The notes under the pieces were generated by a model. The model did no database searches. It was not told the DNA's origin and worked only from the letters and a program-made list of their open reading frames with translations. A stretch of 64,000 nucleotides of DNA from Mariniphaga sp. GTDB lineage: Bacteria > Bacteroidota > Bacteroidia > Bacteroidales > Prolixibacteraceae. Numbering within the stretch: position 1 is the stretch's first letter; the number at the start of each line of letters is the position of its first letter. Both the position numbers and the translations under genes were made by a program. The stretch covers positions 375,638-439,637 of the forward strand of contig JAXGYA010000002.1 in the NCBI GenBank assembly GCA_040772505.1, written 5' to 3'. Of this stretch, positions 57,571 through 64,000 are shown in pieces.

Positions 57571-58944
57571 ATGACACAACGAAGAGATTTTATTAAGACA
57601 AGTTTAGTGGGCACTACCGGGATTGCAATTGGCGGGCTGGGCTTCAGTGCCAAATCCTATGGCTCTATTATGGGAGCGAATGAAAGGATTACAATGGCAG
57701 TAATCGGAATTCGAGGACAGGGAGGTTCACACATTAAGAATTGGTGTTCATTGAAAGAGAACCGGAATGTTTTTTTGAAAACAATTTGCGATGTGGATGA
57801 GCTGACATTTGCCGATCGTTCTAAATTCATCGAAGAGGCTATGGGCAAAAAGCCTGCTACAGAATGGGATATGAGAAGGGTTTTTGACGACAAGGAGATT
57901 GATGCGGTTTCGTTTGCAACACCAAACCATTGGCATGCGCTGGGAACAATCTGGGCGTGTCAGGCCGGGAAGCATGTTTATGTTGAAAAACCGTCAAGTC
58001 ATAATGTTTATGAAGGGCGCAAGATGATTGAAGCTGCACGCAAGTATAATGTACGTGTTCAGGTTGGTTTTCAGAACCGCTCCATCGCAAATGTCATTGA
58101 GGCAATGAAGTTTTTGCATAAAGGAGGAATCGGAGATGTGTATATGGCAAAAGGTTTGTGCTACAAACCCCGTGATTCTTTCGGTATTGCCGAAGACGCT
58201 ATGCCGCCTGCAAATCTGCACTATGATATGTGGCTGGGGCCTGCTCCCTCAAGACCATACAATGAAAAAAGGGTTCACTACAACTGGCACTGGCACTGGG
58301 ATACAGGAAACGGTGACACAGGTAATCAGGGACCGCACCAGTTTGACATAGCACGTTGGGGATTGAACAAAAATGAACATCCCGTAAGAATTTACAGCAC
58401 CGGAGGCATATACGGAATTAGCCCCAAAGAGTGTTCTCAGGAAACACCAAATACGCAAACTTCGTTGTTTACATACGAGGATGGGAAAATACTGGAATTT
58501 GAAACCCGGGGAAGATTCACACATGGCGAATCAAGCCTTGACATTAAAATCGGAAATATGTTTTATGGAACCGACGGCTACCTTGAGCTAAACGGAAGCA
58601 CATGGAAAGCGTTCAGGAAAAGGGAAACAGAGCCATTTGCCGGCTCCTCCAAAGAGAGCTCCGATGTGCCAAAAGATCCGACTTTCCTGGCTCCTCCGGG
58701 AGGAACCGAGCACTATGCCAACTTTATAGATGCTATCCGCTCAGGCAGCAATTATAATTTGCATTGCGATATCACCGAAGGACACTACTCATCTTCACTC
58801 CCAATAATTGCAAATATCTCCTATTTGTTGAAAAGAGAACTTACATTCAAGGGTGCTTATGAGAAATTTGCCAATGATCCTGAAGCCGATATGATGCTCA
58901 CCAGAAATTATAGAAGACCATACGTGGTTCCGGAAGAGGTTTAA
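57571..58944 (+). CDS. Tat-signal Gfo/Idh/MocA family oxidoreductase (distinct subfamily)
   Basis: Twin-arginine signal (TQRRDFIKTSLVGTTGIAIGG), a Rossmann motif (ITMAVIGIRGQGGSH) and the strings DAVSFATPNHWHA, KHVYVEKP, HYNWHWHWDTGNGDTGNQGPHQFDIARW. Confidence 0.85.
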   Translation: MTQRRDFIKTSLVGTTGIAIGGLGFSAKSYGSIMGANERITMAVIGIRGQGGSHIKNWCSLKENRNVFLKTICDVDELTFADRSKFIEEAMGKKPATEWDMRRVFDDKEIDAVSFATPNHWHALGTIWACQAGKHVYVEKPSSHNVYEGRKMIEAARKYNVRVQVGFQNRSIANVIEAMKFLHKGGIGDVYMAKGLCYKPRDSFGIAEDAMPPANLHYDMWLGPAPSRPYNEKRVHYNWHWHWDTGNGDTGNQGPHQFDIARWGLNKNEHPVRIYSTGGIYGISPKECSQETPNTQTSLFTYEDGKILEFETRGRFTHGESSLDIKIGNMFYGTDGYLELNGSTWKAFRKRETEPFAGSSKESSDVPKDPTFLAPPGGTEHYANFIDAIRSGSNYNLHCDITEGHYSSSLPIIANISYLLKRELTFKGAYEKFANDPEADMMLTRNYRRPYVVPEEV

Positions 58945-58947
58945 AAC

Positions 58948-58986
58948 AAAAAGTCCGATATTTTAAAATATCGGACTTTTTGTTTT
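58948..58986 (+). terminator. Rho-independent terminator after oxidoreductase 3
   Basis: A near-perfect palindrome (agtccgatatttt/aaaatatcggact, 58952-58977) is followed by tttttgtttt. Confidence 0.8.
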
Positions 58987-59009
58987 CACATACAGAGTAG
59001 ATAAAGAAA

Positions 59010-59035
59010 AACCCCGGAGCCTCTGCCCCGGGGTT
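59010..59035 (-). terminator. Minus-strand-oriented terminator-like hairpin with no annotated gene to terminate
   Basis: The stem is aaccccgg (59010-59017) / ccggggtt (59028-59035). The plus-strand A-run gaaaaa lies immediately 5', which gives a U-tract only on the minus strand. Confidence 0.4.
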
Positions 59036-59430
59036 AAAACTAAACCTAACTAAACCAAACTTATGAAAAAACAGCAAATTATGTATTATGTAACTACTAC
59101 CTTAAAATGAACTTTTAGAACTCATTTAATTGTTTTCATGTCTGACTAATAATTATCAAATACTGTGCCAAAAAGCCATAAAAATTAAGTTTATCAGTAA
59201 GAAAATCACAAAAATCGTGCTTTTTTAAATAAATTTGTGCAAAAAATCAAAATAGAGAGTTCTGTTCATCTTAGCTTAAAGGTTTTTTTACATCAATTTC
59301 AACAATGTATTTATGTTTGAAATATTAATGTTGTCGGAATTCCCCAAAATGTAGAATTCAAAAAATAGGTATCTTTGTGAAAAATTTGCAGCAGCCGGCA
59401 ATTATTAAAAAAATAGATGACAAAGGGTAT

Positions 59431-61218
59431 ATGAACAACATTCGCAATTTTTGCATTATTGCACACATTGATCACGGGAAAAGCACACTTGCCGACCAGT
59501 TCCTCATGCACACCAATACTATTGGAGAAAGAGACATGCGTAATCAGGTGCTGGATAATATGGATTTGGAAAAAGAGAGAGGTATTACAATAAAAAGCCA
59601 TGCAATTCAGATGGATTATCAACAAAACGGAATTGACTATAAGCTTAATCTGATTGATACACCCGGGCATGTTGATTTCTCCTATGAGGTTTCCCGTTCA
59701 ATTGCTGCATGTGAAGGAGCATTGCTCATAATTGATGCAACGCAGGGAATTCAGGCTCAAACCATTTCAAATCTTTATCTTGCTTTGGAACATGACCTGG
59801 AAATTGTTCCCATACTCAACAAAATGGACCTTCCGAATGCAATTCCCGAAGTGGTAGAAGATCAGATTATTGATTTGATCGGATGCAGTAGAGATGATAT
59901 TATTCATGCAAGTGGCAAAACCGGGATGGGTATTCAGACCATTTTGGAGAGAATTATAGAAAGAATACCTCCTCCAGCCGGAGATCCGAAGGCACCGCTA
60001 CAGGCATTAATATTTGATTCGGTTTTTAACTCCTTTCGCGGAGTCATTGCCTATTTTAAAATTGTCAATGGCATGATTAAAACCAAAGACATGGTGAAGT
60101 TTGTAGCAACAGGCAAAGAGTATGACGCAGATGAAATTGGGATTTTGAAACTTGGCATGTCGCCACGCAACATGCTTTCTGCCGGTGACGTAGGTTATAT
60201 AATCTCAGGAATAAAAACTGCGAAGGAGGTGAAAGTTGGTGATACGATTACACATGTTGACCGTCCGTGCGATAAGGCAATTTCAGGATTTGAAGAGGTG
60301 AAGCCAATGGTTTTTGCAGGTGTGTATCCCATCGATGCCGATGACTATGAAGATCTGCGAAATGCAATGGACAAACTTCAGTTGAATGATGCTTCCCTTA
60401 CTTTTGAGCCGGAGTCTTCTGCCGCTTTAGGCTTTGGATTTCGCTGCGGATTTCTTGGCTTGCTGCACATGGAAATTATCCAGGAAAGGCTGGAGCGGGA
60501 ATATGACATGAACGTTATCACAACCGTTCCCAACGTTTCGTATATGGTGAATTTAATTGACGGCAGTCAGGTACATGTTTACAATCCGTCGGGCTTGCCA
60601 AGTCCTAATTACATTGACACCATCGAAGAACCCTACATACGGGCAAGTATTATCACCGCTTCTGAATATATAGGGCAGGTAATGAATCTTTGCCTTGATA
60701 AAAGGGGAACGCTGGTAAACCAAAGTTATCTGACGGCAGAGCGTGCCGAACTGGTTTTTGATTTGCCGCTTGGCGAAATTGTTTTTGATTTTTACGACAA
60801 GCTAAAAAGTATCTCACGCGGATACGCTTCATTTGATTATCATATCAGCGGATACAGAGCAGCTAAGCTCGTCCGGCTTGATATTTTATTGAATGGCGAA
60901 ATGGTTGATGCTCTTTCCACACTAACCCACTTTGACAATGCCTATCCTTTTGGCCGCCGTATTTGCGAAAAGCTGAAAGAACTGATTCCCAGGCAACAGT
61001 TTGATATTGCAATTCAGGCAGCTATTGGTTCAAAAATCATTGCACGTGAAACCGTAAAGGCTCTTAGAAAGGATGTTACGGCAAAGTGCTATGGCGGTGA
61101 TATTTCCCGGAAACGTAAACTTTTAGAGAAGCAAAAGAAAGGGAAGAAGAGAATGAAACAGGTGGGTAACGTGGAAGTGCCACAAAATGCATTCTTAGCA
61201 GTTCTGAAGTTGGATTAA
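59431..61218 (+). CDS. lepA: Translation elongation factor 4
   Basis: I place the start at ATG 59431 ([23 protein letters not shown], the G1 motif); the listed start at 59377 is [15 protein letters not shown] and the C-terminal LepA domain are present. The length is 595 aa. Confidence 0.95.
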   Translation: MNNIRNFCIIAHIDHGKSTLADQFLMHTNTIGERDMRNQVLDNMDLEKERGITIKSHAIQMDYQQNGIDYKLNLIDTPGHVDFSYEVSRSIAACEGALLIIDATQGIQAQTISNLYLALEHDLEIVPILNKMDLPNAIPEVVEDQIIDLIGCSRDDIIHASGKTGMGIQTILERIIERIPPPAGDPKAPLQALIFDSVFNSFRGVIAYFKIVNGMIKTKDMVKFVATGKEYDADEIGILKLGMSPRNMLSAGDVGYIISGIKTAKEVKVGDTITHVDRPCDKAISGFEEVKPMVFAGVYPIDADDYEDLRNAMDKLQLNDASLTFEPESSAALGFGFRCGFLGLLHMEIIQERLEREYDMNVITTVPNVSYMVNLIDGSQVHVYNPSGLPSPNYIDTIEEPYIRASIITASEYIGQVMNLCLDKRGTLVNQSYLTAERAELVFDLPLGEIVFDFYDKLKSISRGYASFDYHISGYRAAKLVRLDILLNGEMVDALSTLTHFDNAYPFGRRICEKLKELIPRQQFDIAIQAAIGSKIIARETVKALRKDVTAKCYGGDISRKRKLLEKQKKGKKRMKQVGNVEVPQNAFLAVLKLD

Positions 61219-61266
61219 AAAGTTGATACCCCCGGTTTTCGCTAAAAAAATAAATTTTCTACGGCT

Positions 61267-61956
61267 CTATACAATTAGTTTATAGCCCTTTCCGTGTATG
61301 TTGATAATCTCCACTGAGGGTTCATCCTTCAGGTGCTTGCGCAATTTGGTAATATAAACATCCATGCTTCGGGCGTTGAAATAATTATCATCAATCCAGA
61401 TGGATTTGAGGGCATAATTTCTTTCCAGAACTTTGTTGGCATGCTGACACAGCAATTTTAGCAATTCAGATTCCTTGGTAGTCAACTTTATTGTTTTTTC
61501 TGTGTCGGTCATCGTTTGTTTCAGGGTGTCAAAGGTGTATCTGCCTAAAGTAAAAACCGGATCACCTGCATTTAGCAAATCCTGGGATGTTCTTCGCAAA
61601 ATAGCCTCGATTCTGAAGATGAGCTCCTCCATGCTGAATGGCTTTGTGATGTAGTCGTCAGCACCAAGCTTGAAGCCCTCAATGACGTCTTCTTTCAGAT
61701 TTTTGGCCGTGAGAAAAATAATGGGGATTTCGGTGTTCACTGCCCGAATATCTTTGGCTAAAGAAAACCCATCCTTTCTGGGCATCATGATATCCAAAAT
61801 GCAGATGTCAAAATAATCCCTCATGAAACCTTTGTATGCGGCTTCGCCGTCGGGATAGAGCTTTGTGTCAAAGCCTTTTGCAACAAGATACTCTTTAAGC
61901 AATAACCCGAGGTTTTCGTCGTCTTCCGCCAATAATATTTTTGTCTTTTGTTCCAT
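61267..61956 (-). CDS. OmpR/PhoB-type response regulator
   Basis: Receiver domain (ILLAEDDENL ... ILDIMMPRKDGF ... LTAK) plus a winged-helix output (LTTKESELLKLL, YITKLRKHL). Confidence 0.9.
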   Translation of the reverse strand: MEQKTKILLAEDDENLGLLLKEYLVAKGFDTKLYPDGEAAYKGFMRDYFDICILDIMMPRKDGFSLAKDIRAVNTEIPIIFLTAKNLKEDVIEGFKLGADDYITKPFSMEELIFRIEAILRRTSQDLLNAGDPVFTLGRYTFDTLKQTMTDTEKTIKLTTKESELLKLLCQHANKVLERNYALKSIWIDDNYFNARSMDVYITKLRKHLKDEPSVEIINIHGKGYKLIV

Positions 61957-63520
61957 TTTTATTACTTATGTCAGGTAACAATATACTAAATTTTGTCCCC
62001 TTATTTATGATACTTTCAATATTTATTTTTCCATTGTGCAGTTCCACAATTTTCTTCACATAACTTAACCCGAGTCCAAAACCTTTTACGTTATGCACGT
62101 TGCCTGTGGGTACACGGTAAAACCGGTCAAAAATATGTGACTGATGCTCTTTTGCAATGCCAATACCCCGGTCAATAAATGAGATGTTGACCATGTTGTC
62201 TTTCTTTTCAGAGGTAACTGTAATTTCCGGAGATCCGTTGCTGTATTTCATTGCATTGTCGAGCAAATTGAGAAAAACATTGGTGATATGCACTTCGTCT
62301 CCTTTGATAGTTACACTTTCGGTATTCAGTTTTGACAAAAGCACACCATCCTTGCTTTTAACACGTATCTCAAAATTGTTAATTACATTTCGCAGCGTAT
62401 CATTGATGTCAAATTCCTTAATTTTTAATTTAAGACGTCCTTCGTTAAATACTGCCATTTGCAACACCTTCTCTACCTGAAAACTTAACCGCTTGCTCTC
62501 CTGATTAATAATTTTGGAAATATGCTCAATTGTTTTTGGAGTGTTGGTTATGCTTCCATCTTCCAGCATCTGACTTGCCAGAGAAATAGTTGATATTGGA
62601 GTTTTAAGTTCATGGGTCATATTGTTGATAAAGTCATTTTTAATCATTGAAAGTTTCTTCTGTCTGAAAATGACAAAAATGGCATATGCAAAAATTGCTA
62701 TCAGTAAAGTTGTCAGAATAAATGTGGGAATGATTGTAAAACCGGTTGTTCTCAACAAAAAACCTCTTCTTTTCGGAAAATAGACGTAGAGATAGTTGGG
62801 CTGCTGCCCGTCAAAATCATAGGGGAAAAGCAAACTGGTGTACTCCTTTTTTCGAAAAGGATAATACACAGAGCTTCCCATAATGAATTTGTCTTCTCCA
62901 AGATTTGAGCTTCGTACTGCATATTTATAGTCAAGTTGGATTCCTGCCTCCTGAAAAATGGTGTCGATTGCTTCGGCAAGAAAAAGGGAATCGATTCGTT
63001 CACGGAGCGGCCTCCCCTCCAGTAAAATTTTGTAGTTTCTCCAGTGCGTATCTGCAATCCACCTTTCCATTCGTCGTTCAATATTCAGGTTGAATTCGTG
63101 CAGTTGATCAAATGATGTTGCTTTGTTAATCCTGTTGGAAACTCCTTGCCCGGTAGGGACTGAATCGGAGAGAATAACCTGATACTCCTCATGGAAATTT
63201 CCGAAAATTTTGCTCTCAGAAAGATGAAATCTGAAACTTCCGGAAAAACGCCCAATCTCCTGGCGCGGGAAAATATTAATATTTCCCGGGGCATTGGATT
63301 CTCCGGGTAATTTGCCGGCGCGGGCGCTCTCGCGGGCAACGCGCTCCTCATGAAGTTCGAGCTGGTCAACAACCCTTTTTAAAGCACCTTTTACCATCTG
63401 GTCGAATTGCTCTTCCCGGATTTCAGAGGCGCTCTTTATGAGGTTGGTTTGAATCAGGATTAAACCCGAAAGAACCAATGTCATCAGAACAATTAAGGTC
63501 CACAACATTTTTTTACTCAT
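61895..63520 (-). CDS. Sensor histidine kinase
   Basis: Two TM helices, an H-box (NMTHELKTPISTISLASQML), an N-box (NLLDNAMKYS) and G-boxes (IDRGIGI, GFGLGLSYVKKIV). The 3' end overlaps the response-regulator start by 62 nt. Confidence 0.9.
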   Translation of the reverse strand: MSKKMLWTLIVLMTLVLSGLILIQTNLIKSASEIREEQFDQMVKGALKRVVDQLELHEERVARESARAGKLPGESNAPGNINIFPRQEIGRFSGSFRFHLSESKIFGNFHEEYQVILSDSVPTGQGVSNRINKATSFDQLHEFNLNIERRMERWIADTHWRNYKILLEGRPLRERIDSLFLAEAIDTIFQEAGIQLDYKYAVRSSNLGEDKFIMGSSVYYPFRKKEYTSLLFPYDFDGQQPNYLYVYFPKRRGFLLRTTGFTIIPTFILTTLLIAIFAYAIFVIFRQKKLSMIKNDFINNMTHELKTPISTISLASQMLEDGSITNTPKTIEHISKIINQESKRLSFQVEKVLQMAVFNEGRLKLKIKEFDINDTLRNVINNFEIRVKSKDGVLLSKLNTESVTIKGDEVHITNVFLNLLDNAMKYSNGSPEITVTSEKKDNMVNISFIDRGIGIAKEHQSHIFDRFYRVPTGNVHNVKGFGLGLSYVKKIVELHNGKINIESIINKGTKFSILLPDISNKNGTKDKNIIGGRRRKPRVIA

Positions 63521-63838
63521 ACGGCAAAGATAATTTTAATGAAAAGTTGTTAAAAATGCTCTTAACAATATTTAACATCAAAGGTACTAAAGTACGGATT
63601 TTTAACCTAAAACCAAAGAACAATCGAACGCAAGTTATTTAGGTTTTTTCACCTGATTTGGTTGACAAGATGCTGCAAGAATCAATTGTCAGGGAATTTT
63701 CCAAAGGAACTGAAATTTCAAAAGAGTAACAGTGTGTTAAGTTATTGCTGAGTGGTGACCACAGGCATTGCATAGTAACTGAACACTTCATACCTTTATA
63801 GGGCAATAATGCAAAAGAACGAATTAAATTTTTTGGAA

Positions 63839-64000
63839 ATGAAAAAGAATATTGGTTCAGCAGACCGGATTATTAGAGTAATAATCGCTGCAATTATCGG
63901 AGTTCTCTATTTTACAGGAACAATAACAGGTACATTAGGTATAGTGCTTTTAGTTTTTGCTGTTTTATTAATATTAACCAGTGCAGTTAGTTTCTGTCCG
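63839..64000 (+). CDS. DUF2892 (YgaP-C-like) small membrane protein, 3' end outside the window
   Basis: It is absent from the ORF track because no stop lies inside the window. ATG 63839 opens MKKNIGSADRIIRVIIAAIIGVLYFTGTITGTLGIVLLVFAVLLILTSAVSFCP, which matches the DUF2892 pattern (SADRIIR ... SFCP). An in-frame ATG at 63809 is an alternative start. Confidence 0.6.
   Translation, partial: MKKNIGSADRIIRVIIAAIIGVLYFTGTITGTLGIVLLVFAVLLILTSAVSFCP

Noticed and set aside
63547-63605. Short inverted repeats upstream of the histidine-kinase start: ttgttaa-N8-ttaacaa at 63547-63568, and gtact-aa-agtac at 63594-63605.
   Set aside because: Stems of 5-7 bp in AT-rich DNA are expected by chance. There is no second copy or linked regulator to give them meaning.
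1-64000. Looked for CRISPR arrays, IS/transposase or integrase genes, tRNA/rRNA genes, toxin-antitoxin pairs, restriction-modification systems and other defence-type genes.
   Set aside because: I found none on either strand. The only repeats seen are the 102-nt cassette pair and the 579-nt intragenic duplication.

Overview
This is a chromosomal segment from a Bacteroidota genome. The evidence is a SusC/SusD pair, a T9SS C-terminal sorting domain, TAnnTTTG-type -7 promoter boxes, the ftsX-DUF3098-uppP-truB-queA synteny and Na+-NQR. I support about 50 protein genes and saw no rRNA, tRNA, CRISPR array, transposase or integrase. From left to right the blocks are: (1) a sulfur-trafficking group with a b-type cytochrome and a split YeeE/YedE, the second half fused to a rhodanese-like domain. 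(2) A polysaccharide utilisation locus with a propeller/Y_Y_Y-LuxR transmembrane regulator, susC, susD, a GH144-like glucanase, an internally duplicated CBM-like T9SS protein and a GH3 beta-glucosidase, followed by a RENBP-type GlcNAc 2-epimerase and a gutted sugar-porter remnant. (3) A metallophosphoesterase-GDPD fusion lipoprotein and an EamA transporter. (4) A MacB-type efflux locus (adaptor, FtsX permease, TolC, second adaptor) with no ATPase gene. (5) A housekeeping block: SIMPL, queA, truB, uppP, DUF3098, ftsX, GH127, a nucleotidyltransferase, DUF4293, an AddA-like helicase-nuclease, an aromatic amino-acid decarboxylase and acylphosphatase. (6) apbE, a DUF5103-like gene and nqrABCDEF. 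(7) A 703-aa exported protein of unknown function, a polyprenyl synthase, ArsR and three tandem Tat-signal Gfo/Idh/MocA oxidoreductases. (8) lepA, a histidine kinase/OmpR-type regulator pair and a partial DUF2892 gene at the right edge. I do not see an unambiguous new multi-gene system such as a defence island. The best second-look items are: a 102-nt near-identical promoter/leader cassette placed in front of two unrelated genes 22 kb apart; the Tat-exported oxidoreductase trio; the ATPase-less two-adaptor efflux locus; the 703-aa unknown exported protein; and a recent 579-nt tandem duplication in the PUL surface protein. All family names come from motifs I recognise by eye. No database search was run.
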